A stretch of DNA of 64,000 nucleotides from Tubulanus polymorphus. Taxonomy: Eukaryota; Animalia; Nemertea. The stretch is from contig NC_134029.1 of assembly GCF_964204645.1 (NCBI RefSeq), positions 20,392,950-20,456,949 on the forward strand. The letters run 5' to 3'. The notes below the pieces were generated by a model that was not told where the DNA came from, did not search any database, and was given only the letters and a program-made list of their open reading frames with translations. The position numbers and the translations under genes were made by a program. Positions within the stretch are counted from its first letter, which is position 1. Each line of letters starts with the position of its first letter. Below, piece after piece: positions 1-32,014 of the stretch.

Positions 1-428
1 TCACATTTGAAGCTATAAAGATGATACCTTATTTCTCCTAATTGGCAGGGTTGTTTTGTAAATCGTAATCAGTTCATTTCTATAGCAGCTGGGTCTGTTA
101 TGGTTAGCTTGATCGAGATTTTAAAAATGTAATGTGCAGGGTAGATAGGCAGTCGGCCGGGTCAATCTTAAAGCCAGCAGAAAGGAGAAACATGGTATCA
201 TTTTTTTTAGCCTAAGTTAAAATATTTTCTATATATATATATATGAGATAATGAGAAATATTGAAAATTGACATTACTGGTTTATACGAACCCCTAACGA
301 TACTATTGTGAAGTGTACTAGTAATTAGTGCTAGCTGTTTGTCACGTATTCAATGGCATACAAAAATTAATATATCATGCATGCACTTAGAATTTCAGGT
401 TCATAGGCATATTCTACCCTAGGTATTC

Positions 429-436
<8 letters not shown>

Positions 437-526
<90 letters not shown>
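437..526. repeat. (TA)n microsatellite
   Basis: About 45 TA units with one interruption. Confidence 0.97.
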
Positions 527-527
<1 letters not shown>

Positions 528-1039
528 GCCATTTATGACGTATGTGATTGCACGCTGCTGAAATCATAAAAATCCCAACATCGGTCTCTCGTGGCGGAAA
601 AAATATTCAGTTAAGCATGATGTTTACTGGCTGAAAATTCAATTGAAGCCCCCCATCGTTTAATTTGACATCTGATATCGCGTATTGGATACGAAAATTA
701 TCCTTTGCGCGCTGTTGCTGTTGCCAGGTTCCACCTGAAATATCATGAATAATTTGTTGGCTGTTTTACATTCTCGTTGGAACACCCCGCCAGTGTACTT
801 AAGTCATAAATGGCACTTATCATTGTGCGTATTCTCTTAGAACGAATCTCGATGATAATAAATGTGGATATAACGCCTGTGTCTATACTAGAGCCGCGCT
901 GCTTTACAAGCGTGGATGTAGCCTTTCGCATCGACATTGATTTTTTCGCGTCGTTCTGAGGATTCGCCCGTACAAAAATCATGGCATGTTTGCGATGTTT
1001 TCCTGGCGTTCTAGCCGGACATAATCAGGAACGGATCCA

Positions 1040-1712
1040 GGGACCACCGTCGAGGGTAGTACAACGTATAAAAAGGGCATTTTGAGAATAAAAATGGCAT
1101 TTTGAAACATAAAGGGCATTCTGAAATTTGGAAAATCAGTTTTTTGCTGCATTTTCCAAGCAACGGTGCTACCGTCTGAATCCCCGCCTGATAATGCTGC
1201 CGGAAGAAATGCCACCGAATTATGCGACGTAGGAGAAAATTCCCCCGGCAAAATGCAAGGTTTTGCACTGAATGAGAAAATGCCAACAGGAAAAGTTATT
1301 TTCAAACGTCAATTTAAATTAAACTGCAGTAATTATCAATCATCTTATTGATGATCTATTTCTATTTAATTTCTAACTTATATTCGCTGTTGTATTTTAG
1401 CACCCCCTCCCTAGTTTGCTCTTCTTTAAATCTGTTAAGCTTGTTCCTGTTTTTTTATGTGGTTCATTACGCTTGTTTTATTATACGTTTATAAATGATT
1501 AGTCTATCCCTCGTTTAAATCGAATTCGTAATCAGTAGTTAATTAATTACACTTCGGACATGTGTAAAAATCTGGATAGAAGTGTAAGGTTTTCAACTGT
1601 TAGAAGAAAAAACATAAATGGCATTTATTCCTACTGTCATTTTCACTGACGGTATTTCTACCGGTGGCATTTTCTGCGATGGTATTTCTTACGGTGGCAT
1701 TTTTTCCTACAT
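1040..1712. mobile_element. Degenerate DNA-transposon-like element with inverted arrays of AAAATGCC/GGCATTTT motifs
   Basis: Repeated aaatgcc-like motifs at ~1205-1290 face repeated ggcattt/ggtattt motifs at ~1620-1710. Confidence 0.45.
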
Positions 1713-1904
1713 TTGTTCCGCAGCGCTGACAAATGTTCCAAGTGTGGTTAACACCAGCATTTCGAATAATAATTCCGGGTACTCGCGGTATAATAATTCA
1801 TCTAGTACGGACACAAGTGTTAACAACATATCGAACTGAATTGATGAACAATGCACTCACACGATCTATTAATAATTAATATTGCCGCAATATTTTGTTT
1901 TTAG

Positions 1905-20088
<18,184 letters not shown>

Positions 20089-20091
<3 letters not shown>

Positions 20092-20134
20092 CAACTAGCC
20101 GGGCAAAATTCTCTGACCGCAGAGGTTTTGCCTG
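20089..20134 (+). promoter_or_regulatory. Readthrough signal: UGA-CARYYA plus 3' stem-loop
   Basis: CAACTA at 20092-20097. Hairpin cgggcaaaattctctg (20100-20115), loop accg, cagaggttttgcctg (20120-20134). Confidence 0.7.
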
Positions 20135-20364
20135 CCTCGAGAAACGACGAAGAGGTAGCAGAAGAACTAGAGGAGAATGAAGGACCGCAGCAGACGGAGG
20201 CGACGACAACAATCGACGACGATTCGACGAACGTCGGCTCGAATCCGAGTATAAAAGTCGAAGTCTCGGAAAGCGAGAGAAAAGTAGACAATATTGAAAC
20301 GGATGTTGAAGAACACGGAATGGCTGATTTCACTCAAAATCAACGATTTGTGTACGTGCCGTAA
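20089..20364 (+). CDS. Putative stop-codon readthrough extension of ATP8B (90 aa, acidic)
   Basis: TGA CAA CTA is followed by an open in-frame run QLAGQNSLTAEVLPASRNDEEVAEELEENEG...RFVYVP to TAA at 20362-20364. Confidence 0.7.
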
Positions 20365-22240
20365 ACACTTAACCGTGATGCATTTGTGATCAGATATTAA
20401 TGAACGTCGATTTGTGAGAATTATTGTTCATATTTTAGTATAGATTTTAACGATACTGGGATAACGCAAAAAATGCAGAATTTCTTAAATCCAGTCCATC
20501 TTTTTACATAATTTCGAACGAAATGAGTTCGATGTACACAAAGATGTATACGTAGACATCGTTATGGCAGATACAGTAAATTATTTTAAGTGAATCACAA
20601 TTGAAAAACCGAAAAAAAACTGGGAGGAATGATGAATAGGAGTCCTCCTTAAGAAAATATTTTGATAAATCCAAGCTCTCGGGAGCATTATATCAGAGAG
20701 TTTCTGATTTATTGAAGAACACATTCTCGAGAAGAGTTTTTGTAGCTGCCACTTTTAGCCACACCCCAATCCAACGTTGCATCGATTTATTACTAGATGA
20801 AAGTGATGCTCGATGCGGTTGGATATTGTAAGGCAGCAGATCGTTCGTTACAAACAGCTTCATAATTAGAATAGATGTGATATGACTGTAAAAGACGCCA
20901 GGGTGAAATTTATTTATATTCAATGCATATGATGTATTTTTGATTAGAATTGAGGTGAATTGCTATTTACAACTGATATATACTTAATATATATGTATAT
21001 ATATATATATTTAGATTGTGGTGGTGACAACATTTTGTTGTATTTCATGTTCTCAGGTATTTGACCTCGATTCAGTTTCTCGATTCACGTTGATCATGGT
21101 GTATCCTATTCTTAGGAAAAATTACACTAAACATGGTAGATTCATATAGAATGGCCGGGCTGTAATTCAAATTGCGCTGTCATACATACCTTCTAATGCC
21201 ATTGTCAGCTAGTCATGACCGCAGTCAACCAGTCCTCGGGATTACCCAAAATATCACCTCATCTGCTTATTTCTAATCAGTATGATGTTAGTTCCTTAGA
21301 TCGGGATTTAATTCTTATTGTTAGAATTTGCACCTTATCGTCTGGCCTTCAAACCTACCGACTTCTCCACACACGTTGAAGATCGACAGAAATTCTGGAA
21401 AATTTGTACCGAGTATGTCTTTTATGTTCAAATGTCTTCATATGCATAGATTTTAAAGAATGTTACATGTTATAGATGTATTTTTGTAAAGATTTCTGCA
21501 CTTGTTAGACACCTCCCATTTGTGTGGCACCACGTAGAAGAAAAAATATGAGAAAATCCTGCACACCTCTAAAGCCCTTTCCTTACCTAATTGTACATTT
21601 GTGTAATGTGTACATTTTTAAATACTGGGGTATGTAAGAATGGTATAGATGGTGAATGAACAGCAATATTAGATTATTTATTTAAGCAATTATTAAGTTT
21701 ATTTTATTTATTGTATAAATTGACTTTTCTGTGCCAAAGTTTTTATTTTTCCATCGAATGGAAAAACCTGTTTTTTGTCCTCATTTCTAGATAATGACTC
21801 GACATGTCTTTGCATCTTATTTTAAGCATGTACAAAATCAACCATCTTTCAATATGTATGTAGCACCTGTGATATAGGCTAGGGGTTGTTAGTACTACGG
21901 TTGAGAAAATGTGTTTTTCTAACCTAGTGGGCCCTCATGGGTATCTACGAACTAATCGGCTGGTTTCCTACCTACGTAAAGACCTGCTTTATATTATATT
22001 TTATAATATTTGAATGCTCTTCATGTATTGCTTCCAATTGAATGTCTTTAAGTTTATTATTATTATCATTTATTTATTTTCTGATAGAATTACAAGTTAT
22101 GATTTAACGATTCATAAATTATTTATTTGTTTTGAGATGTGCGCATAACTGACTGATAAAAACAACAATGCAAAAACAATTGATGAATAAGAATATAGCT
22201 GCTGTGTTTAATATAGTACATGATTTACTACTGTTCATCA

Positions 22241-22410
22241 GGGGCAGATCCCAGAGGTGAAGGTCTTTAGATACTGTCTGGTATGATATCTTTTCCAATA
22301 ATCATAGCCGAGACACTATTTCGGTGTTATAACTTAAGTCAGCGCAGTTAAATGAAAGAAATTTATGAGAGCAGAATATTTTGTTTTTAGTAAGACCCCT
22401 GAATCTGCCC
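22241..22410. mobile_element. GGGGCGGATCC-type MITE
   Basis: ggggcagatcc ... gaatctgcccc. Similar termini at ~52305-52602, ~55202 and ~63668-63873. Confidence 0.6.
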
Positions 22411-24628
22411 CGATTGAAAATGAGTTTCAACTGTCACAACGTTTTCCGTTCTAAGCCTTTTGCGATGTTCATTTCTGTTCAGAAAACTATTGCTTTCAAA
22501 ATGCTTGATTTGAGTGATACCTGCTTTCATAGTTATCCTATGTAAATCTGATCATGGCTACCGGTATATATTTTGTAGCCGAGACACTGCTGCGTGCGAA
22601 ATATATCATTATTACATTTTTTCTTTCGGGTAAGCTTGAAAATGTCACCATACGTTTTTGGATCAGAGTGATTCATAATGAAGTTAATCACTAAATTGAA
22701 GAGATATTACTACGATTAATTATGTAAAATACTCAATAATTTTTTTGTGGGGAGGAGAGACCCAGTGATGTATCAAATTTTCTTAACCTTCCTTGTACAT
22801 GCAAAATGGATGCAACTGAACTTAAAAGGGATTCAATTAAGTGTAGAATAAATATATGCAGTTTGTACTGAAGAATTCATTTTGATACGAGCTGTAATGT
22901 ACTAAAAGGTACTGGTACATGTATATTAGCAGTTAAATAACCAACCGTCCTGATTAAATGATGAGGCAACATCAAGTCATAGATTTGATCAATGAGATTT
23001 TATTTAATGCCGTAGATATGTTGGTAAAAATAAATCCTAATTTATGCAGTTACTCGAAAAGAAATTCTGACGATGGTAACTGTTTGCCTCTGAATCTTAT
23101 ATACGCCATATTTCATTGTTACAGGATTTTTCATGTTCATATATAAGGCACATGTGTTCTTTGATGAAATCAGGGTAAAAGTCAGATTCTAATAAGTTTC
23201 ATGAAGAGTATATTGAAGCTGTAATGAATTGCTATCCCTGACTGCTGAAGTTTTCCTCTCGGCTAATGACAGTGACAAGTCAGGCCGTTAGTTGTTAACC
23301 TTGTTCTCTTCCACAATAAGGGTTTTAAACCCTGGTCACTACTGCCTGGAATTTTCATTTTGATTTTAACCAGTAGAATTAATTTAATTAGTTTACTCTA
23401 TGACTGGGACATGTTTCTACAACTATATTCAGTTCACCACTTTCATAGAAATTATATATTGTAAATAGATGATATATTTATTATTATGAATGATTTTAAT
23501 TTATTCGTAAATTATATTTTAATTATATTCACTATGATTGTTCATTAATGAAATGTTACGCATTAATTTATTCAAAAAATGTCTCACTTGATTCATTGAA
23601 TTTGTTGGCCTGTTTCTCATCTTCACCCGTCAAGGTGTTTGAACTCACTAAGCTGAAGCCGTTTCCTGAACCCCTTGACCTAACGAGTCGTTGGGGTCGT
23701 TATAAGCCAATCAGATTCCAGTCGTACCAATCACAGCGCTTGTAACAAATGACATTAGGCCTCTGTTGAATTTCCCATTAAATGGACAATCAGCGAACAT
23801 TTTACTGAACAAGGAAGTATTTCACAAGTCGATATATGGTGTCATGCGCAACAGCTAGAATAGTAATGAAATCACTGGTCGTGAGGCTGGGGGGCTGGTG
23901 GAAGCAAGTTCGGGGAGCCCCTGGCAAGCGAGGATGCTGTATCTTGGCATCATCTCCAATTAGTGAAAAGAATTCAAATCAGTTGATATAGTGGACCCTT
24001 GTATCTATGCCCCCTTTCCACTGCAGCACTGAATTCCCCTATGACACCAATGTCTTTAGTCTCTGTTTCAAAAAGTGCAGTGGGGTAGGTGCCAGCACCA
24101 AAAGATGTCTAGGCAAGGTGCAAGGCTTTACCACAGGTCCCTGTTTCAACGAATTGAGTCTCACTGCATTGACAATGAATGGTAGAGTCTTTATACAGTG
24201 GGAACAGAGCGTCTGAGCTGGAACATATCACTAAACCACTCTACAGAGATATTTTAGAGCCAGTCCAATGATATAAAGGGTTGATGCAGGAATGAACAGT
24301 TACCTCGCTATGACCTTACCATAATCTTAACCTTTCCTTTGATAATTTTTCATCCCTGCTACTATCAAAAACTGATATCTTATATAAATATGGCGGGCGT
24401 AACAGGGTCTCTTGTAATTCAGACTCGAAATCTCTTTGAGGTCCATTGGCCTTTAAGCCATTACAATCCATCAAACAAACAGTAGGCTGAACAAGCAGTT
24501 TTGCATTGTCAAGAATTGGATATTAGTCCTAATAGATTTACAGGTCCTATTTCCTGGATCTAAGTACACACCAAGCTAATGGAGTAGTTTAAGTAACTAA
24601 AACACACTCAAATACTAAAGTTCGACCT

Positions 24629-24634
24629 TTTATT
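24629..24634 (-). terminator. Candidate poly(A) signal for the SLC6 transcript
   Basis: AATAAA on -, about 1.1 kb past the 25730 stop, at the end of a 3'UTR-like tract. Confidence 0.4.
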
Positions 24635-25729
24635 TTGTATCAACACACAAAATCTTTGTAAAAAATAGAAAACTAATTTTGATGTATATTGCGATATTTA
24701 CATAAATACGTTTCACGTCGATATATACATGATATTTACATCATTTTCTCTCCATAAACGATGCACCTAGTGTAAACTGCTAATCGTCGTCACGCCAATT
24801 CAAATAGTGTAAACTGCTAATCGTCGTCAGGAAGATTCACCGATCGTAATAGAAAAATTTAAGCCAGTTTTTGACATGATTTCGATTAACGACCGATGCT
24901 GTAGTATCATCAGTACTACAGCGCTTCGTAACGGCGAACATAAATGAATATAAAAAAATAATTCCAATCTCTATTCATCCTACGTCAATCTCTCAATAAT
25001 TACGTAGTTTCAGATAATTATTTTCCACTTAATCATGATCCAGAAGAATCACGGCGATAAGTGTACAGTAAAGTATTACCGGTAACGCATTCAAAATGTT
25101 TTTCATTTACTTATTGTAGTAATTTCACCGACTTTGAAGCCGGCTTTTTATCATGATTACTATGGAATAAAAAATGTTATATATAAATACATCACTCGTC
25201 TGAATTCCGAATTGGTTGGATATCGATAACAATCTATATCGGTAACTCTTCACAGACAATTTGGCAATAGTTAAGACAAAGAAGACCTTTTCATTTTATC
25301 ATGAATTTGAAGTGGAATGAATAAAGATATTTTAGTACTTTTCGTACGTTACATAACCTCTTACAACCTTCCAGACAGTTTTCTCAACGATAACTAATCA
25401 TGATTTTATACGAGGAAATAACCGGACAATACAAATCATAATGCTAGTAGGTCACAGATTGGCCTACCAATTCTGGAGTACTGTTCCGTAGCATGGATTT
25501 CAACCAGAATACATACAGCTATCTACCCTGTAAACCTAATAATATAAGGCTATCGGAGCATTTGTAATCCGGATTTCCATCAACTGCATTCTCAACTTAA
25601 ACCCCCGGAATATATGCAAACGAAAACCATCTTGATAATGAATATAATACAGTCATTTGTCATGGTTTCACATAATATGAATAAAGAATTTATCTGAGAC
25701 GCCAAAAAGTCGGTGAAATACGTTGCTTA

Positions 25730-28700
25730 CTACAGTTTAGTCGTACACTCCTCCACATTATTGACCTGGGTTATATCGACTTCATTTTTATTCTTGAAAT
25801 GTGGAATCATTTCAGTCTCGACGTATATTACCGGGTATAAATGTTTCCTTTCATCCGGGTCGGAATTTACAATTAAATGCGAGTGAGAATTCAATGACTC
25901 GTCGTCATCTTTCGCGACGACTTCATCGACGACTTCATCGACGACTTCATCGACGACTTCATCGACTTCATCAGCCGGTTTCGATTCGATTTCAGCGGGG
26001 CATTCGTCGTTATGTCCGTCGTCGTGTGCGTCGGACGAGTCGGAATCCGATCCGCCGTTGTCCGATAGAACTCCGATTTGATCGCTCCCGGCGCTGCTAC
26101 TGCTACAAGTATTGTCCTCGATAGCCGAGTCTTTAGCCGATTCAGACGTCGACCGACTCGTCGAAGGTCGCGTGAATTCGTCGATGGGATGTTGGTTCGA
26201 GAGATTGTTGCCCTAAAAATATGAATGATAGAACATCTTTACGACAATGTACTACGAAATTTACTTAATTGTAACTAGTGGGATCAGAAGTACATCAAAG
26301 GTCGATTAATAGGGGTGGACCGGACAAGTCCAACCCCTACAAAGTTCGAATGTGCTGTCCAAAAAGTCTAGAAATCTTCTTTTTTTTGCATAGAAAACTG
26401 CTTAAAAGTGGTAAATAAGTCGAAATAGACCCTGATAAGGACCAGAGAAGCCCCTTTAGGTCCTAAATTTTCTGTGGGAGGGGTACCAGAAGCCCCCACC
26501 TCTCTTGTTTTTAAATTAACGCCCATACCAATTCACATACAGATAGAATTTGCCTACAATTTTTCAATTTTGACGTCTCAACTGTGGATCAGGCCAGTGT
26601 ACAATATCAATAATCGAATCCTGTCTTCATCTTTATTAGCAACTGGTGACGAAGTTAAAACATAAGCAATGAATTAATTATACGGTGTTTATATACAGGT
26701 GGTAAATACTGCCAGCACAAACTAAATCTATATATAGATACTACACATGAATATTGAATGTATTAACATTTTTACATGAACAGGAAGATATCTCATATAT
26801 ATCGAATGCAAGATACATGTAAAACTGCATCATATTTTGATCTAACTAAAAAGCACTAGCGACGCATACCAGTATGTTAATGGTACGTATACGGTTTTCG
26901 TTCGACATGCACAAAAACCGATTCAGCGAGAATATCATACGCATTATTTTCATACCCGAAATTTCTTAAAATGCCTTTTCCCGCTTTTGCCCTGTAAAGT
27001 AGTGGTATGTTTTAGTTCGAAGAAGAAACTGCAGGCGATGCAAGGTGCATTTCTGAAAAATCTAACGATTAATATACAAATCGGCCTAAATCTACACTCG
27101 ATACAAGAAAGCCAGATCATAGCTTACGCTTTCTAGAATAGTAATGTATACATTCAGCATTTACCAATATTTTGCGGTCAAAATTTACTGAAACATCGAA
27201 GCATTGCATGAAATCATGAAACTCTTCAAAGGGTAATATTCCTATCCGATATACTGCCAACTGAAAACTTAATCCGAAATATGTTTACCTTCACGTCAGA
27301 TTCGATCGGCAGTTCGGTAATCGGCGACAACGGATCGGTTTGAATCGACACATCTCGAGTGGAAGCCATTATCTTCCTCGGACATATTATGCCTTCATCT
27401 TCCGCGCTAAGCCCCGATGGAATTTGATTCAAGGCTGAAATATGAATACCGATAGATGACTTTTCAATGCTAATACGGGTATGTTAACCCTTTCAGTGCC
27501 TCTACACCGCAAACATAGTAAGATATTAGAAACTAACGATACATCGCACCGCGAGAAACTCACGTGAATCAGCTTTTTGCGCGCGTTTTTCTCTTTTCCG
27601 TACGTTCGGAGGGGTGCTCATCGCGTCTTGCAACGCGACCTGGTTGTCGAGCATGAAACGCAGCGCCTTATCGGTGATCTGTCGCGCCAACGTCGGAGTC
27701 GAATTAGTCGAACTGGGACCGGCTAAGTTTTTGCCAGGAAACCGTGGCGCATTTGAGAAGTCGTTACGTCGAATGCTCTGCGGCGTTGAAGTGTGAGAAC
27801 CTTCAAAAAGAACGGAAATTTTCAATTTCTTCCAGTACTGTTACGCCATTCAGAAGTACATCAATTACTTGAAATATACCGTTAAAAGACAGAGCAGAAC
27901 CTGTGCTGAAACTGTAGTTTCTCGTCAATAAAGTCGGCTGGACGAATTCCATGTAATCCCTGTGTTTCTTCAACGCTGGACCCCAATCTCTCTCCGGTCT
28001 GACTGACTTTTTGAATCTCTGAAATATAAAATGTTGAAATAGCCTTTTAAAACGGTGTAACGTAGAGACGTAATCGAAGATTGATGATTCGAACGATTGA
28101 ATACCCTGTAACACGATCCTTTGTTCGATGCAAGTTTGTATACGATGTAAACGGGTATCGGAACCAGACAGATTAACACGAGCAACCAGCGAATGACGTG
28201 AGTCCACCACGGGTAAATATAGTCTCTGAATACAGGAGCTTCGTAGTCAAACCCGTAGAATATGATTGTAAACTGAAAAGAATAAAATATCGATATTCAA
28301 ATTTGTCGTTGACTAATGAAATCAACTCGTTAAGGCCAAAGCACACAACACAGAGAAACACGGAAACAACGAAACACGGAATCAAACATCGTTTCCTGAA
28401 ATCATGTTTCTTGTTTCTTGTAAATACACATGACACAGATGCAAACATGCTTCCATCTCTTGTTCCAGTATTTCGCTGCGTCATGTACGTTGAGCTTTTA
28501 GATTTATAGCCGGTCTATTTACCATGATGATTGCCGGTGTAATAAAAGTCCACATCGATTTCCACCAAACGCCGTTGCGATCTTCATTCATTACTTTGAT
28601 ATTCTTCAGTAATTTATCGGTGCCATAAACCCAAGCCAACACGATACACTCGACCAGTCCGATAACCAGCAGTGGCACACCTAGCGATGTATCGTCTATC

Positions 28701-31700
28701 AACGTCATCACAAACCAGCCTCCCTGAATATTCAGTTTTTAAGAATTTAGAATTAAGATCAAATAAGCGGGGCAAAACGTAAGCTAATATCATTCATGCA
28801 GAAACGTAGGCCCTAATATACATACCTGCATTGTAAAAGGAATTCCGATAGCAAACAGTATAGCACTCATGGCGACCGTAACCCAAATTTTGTACGCACG
28901 CAATCGCGGCGCGATTTCGGTAACCATGACGATAGTTAACTCCAGCGTTATAAATAGAGTGTCCAACCCGAGCAGAAACAGCATAAAGAAGAACAGAATA
29001 CACCAGACGGGTGACAGCTTAAAATGTGTCAGAGCCTCGGGAATGATAGCGAATAAGTTAGCCGAATCTACAATGTGTAAAGATACCGAAGTTAGGTAGC
29101 ATTCCATTAAAGATAAAGAATCAGAGCATTTTCCTTCTCCAACACTTATCTACAACAAACGTTACACACCTGCATATGTGGTGAAAATATGGTCGATAGA
29201 TGTATCCAATGATTTCGCCATAACGCCGACAATCGCGAAAATCGTAAAACTGGCGATAACACTGAATATACAATCACATATAGGCACAAGTATAGCATCT
29301 CTGAAATAGATAACAACACAAAATAGGTCGCTACAAATCAATCAATCCTGGATATAAGGAGTTTTAAACGAGAATGTTTAAAATTTCGAAGTGTCCACAT
29401 CACTTTCATATTCCAATTACAATAGACTCCTCCTAAATTGGTACTGTTTATCTCGGTAAACTGTTAATTCAAACAATATCTCAACTGTACCAATTCAGGC
29501 ATAGTTTACTGTACAACTACAAACTAGACAAATATTTCTAATAGCCTTTTTCTAAAGATTGAAGGAGTTCTAAAGAATTTTCAGACATTTTGCTCAAATT
29601 TAAGGAACACCTCCATTTAGGAGGAGATTTTAAAGAATCGAGGAGCCGTACGGACCCTGTACAAACATTTCATCCCTTCGGATCAGTTACTTCCAGCTTT
29701 CAGAGTTATTTACCTGTAGAAATATGTATGAAATCGATTGTAGCTGGCTAACATGATTAAACCACCGTAACAAGTAGATAGAGAGTAGAACATCTGCGAA
29801 GCTGCATCATACCAGACGGACGCTTCGCCTAATTTATGCCAATCAGGGGTTACAAAACGTTTAATTCCGTCTAAATGTCCATCTACGGTACACGATCGGA
29901 TTAACAAAACTAGAAGAATGAGAACTGAGGCTGGGACAGTTCCAAGTACCACCTGAAACAGATTTATAAAGTAACTTACATAATATAGATTGAATTGAAG
30001 ATATCTTTATCGAACTAATTGTGAATTTAAAGTCCTTAAAAGGAAGGAACCAATGGCCTTAAAAAAGTTGAAAAGATTTTGCTGTTTCGATACACAATAA
30101 CCCTTTCAGGATCCAGTTCCACAGTTGTGGCTAAGAGTTGAAATTAGTTCATTCTTATTGAGTTAACTCAAAACAGCGGAACAGCTGGGTTCCGATATAC
30201 AAACCTTTCCGGCGGATTTTATCCCTCGAATAACACAAACGCAAGCAACAACCCACGACAGCAGCAAACACAAACAAACATGCCACTTCACTGTACCCAT
30301 ATCATCAATACCCCGGGTGATGTTTAACATGTGATGACTACAAAAACAACATACGTACGAACTGGGTAGAAATACATTTTTCGAGAAAAATACAGGGTAG
30401 CCACTTTGACTAAGACTTGCTTTTCCCCGACTAATTATTCCCTGACACGAATGTGGTTTCACAGACTCGATCTGCTAAGAATTCAATCGATTAACACAGT
30501 CAAATAAGACATAGATGGATCGATCTAGCAATCTCAACTAATGTCCCTGATTTGTAGCTTTTTTACAAAATCCCGAGACTTTTTTAAAGAGAAGAAATTT
30601 CCCAGAACTTTAAGTCGTGTTTTTACTCACAAAAAGAACTCCTCGGCAGAACTGTGTAATCTTGGACGGATTTCTGGGAGGTTCTGGGATATGTTCGCGA
30701 GAGTCTCGTTAATGGTCGAATTCAAAAGAGGAACGACCGTGCTCGTAGTCATAAAATGCGTAGTCGCTTCAGTCGTCAGGTTAGTCAGTAGGCTTATATT
30801 TGCATATCGATTCAAACTACACACTGAAAAATGAAATTTACATTTTAGACATAAACATTGCAGTAGGTTGGCCACTTTCTATCGATTTACAGTCCCTGAG
30901 TTTTCTATGTGAATACACAAAATTCCCTGAATGAATCAGAAAACTTTTTAGGTTTAAAATGTAACAGTAACATTAATTTTTCATTAAATAACATACTGCT
31001 CAAGAACCATGTGGTCAATAGCATTATCCGAATTCTCAGAGTTTTGCAGGTTTTTGGTAAATTTTGGCAGATTTTCTGATTCAGTTAGTTTTCCAGGCCA
31101 GTGGCCACCCTGCATTGACACATTTAGATGATCTAGTTGCAACGCGTACGACATATAATCTTCTAGCTTTCTTTAGGTTATTTGATATTACTATTTCGTT
31201 TTTTTTCACATCTAACGTACTGTTTGAATTCCACGTGTTGTTGCAACTTTGCCACGGCAACTCGGATACCATCGATGAGATCATGAAATAAAGAGACCAG
31301 GCGATCCAGATCGCGTAGTACGTCGCGAACAACAGCGATACCACTAACATAGCGTAACCGAGACCTGTATACAAAATAATAATACAGCATTCGATCAAAA
31401 TCGGATAAATCCACGACAAAGATACGAGTCTTCACGTGTGCACATACCCCTGAATAAGGGAATAGAATTCCATACTTCGATCGGGCCCAGACTCGCGTAC
31501 TGGCCGATAGCTAACTCCACGTAATACAGAGGAATGCCAATAAACACCAACATCAGTAAATATGGTACAAGGAATGCGCCTGAATGATAAGAAGTACGCA
31601 TACATTACGCATACTGTAAGTCAACAAAATTTGAGTGCATTTCAAGCGGTATGAAAGAACTACCTCCTCCGTTTTTGTAGCACAGATACGGAAATCGCAA

Positions 31701-31853
31701 CACGTTGCCCAAACCTAACGTATATCCCAGACACGCGACGAAGAATTCGTATTTCGTATCCCAGTTTCCGTGGTTCGAGTTCTCTTCTTGCTCCCAGTCG
31801 ATGCTGCCCGTATCGATCAGATCGGCCATTAACATATGATCGTCGGCATTTGC
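25730..31853 (-). CDS. SLC6/NSS transporter, unit 2 (divergent), with a long acidic low-complexity C-tail ending TTKL
   Basis: Exons on -: 31853-31664, 31579-31448, 31364-31221, 30823-30631, 30337-30205, 29952-29714, 29300-29170, 29067-28826, 28723-28523, 28272-28105, 28018-27901, 27800-27564, 27434-27289, 26991-26956 (36 nt, less certain), 26212-25730. All phase-consistent. Motifs: [41 protein letters not shown]. Confidence 0.9.
25913..25972 (-). repeat. Coding 12-bp repeat (DEVV)n in the SLC6 C-tail
   Basis: cgacgacttcat, about 4 copies; reads GAT GAA GTC GTC on -. Confidence 0.85.
29330..29661. mobile_element. Dispersed ~300-450 bp repeat family
   Basis: Homologous text (tcctggatataa...catcactttcata...tagactcctc) also at ~42650-43110, and inverted at ~58708-58977 and ~60461-60860. 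Confidence 0.75.
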
Positions 31854-32014
31854 CTGTAATATCGAAAATAGGATATGATCGACGAATATTCGATGAGGAA
31901 TGAAAGGAATTAATTCTCGACAGGGTATACCATACACGCAACACGAAAGGAACACACTGATACTAATGACTAAAATATCTATTGAAATAGAGGAGATAGG
32001 AGACTAAAATATCC

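Noticed and set aside
367-567. ORF with a YIYI run
   Set aside because: Translation of the TA microsatellite.
23700-23745. Paired CCAAT boxes
   Set aside because: They lie between convergent 3' ends with no downstream gene; probably repeat-derived.
25801-26124. Arg-rich plus-strand ORF (RRLH repeats)
   Set aside because: Antisense shadow of the DEVV repeat in the SLC6 last exon.
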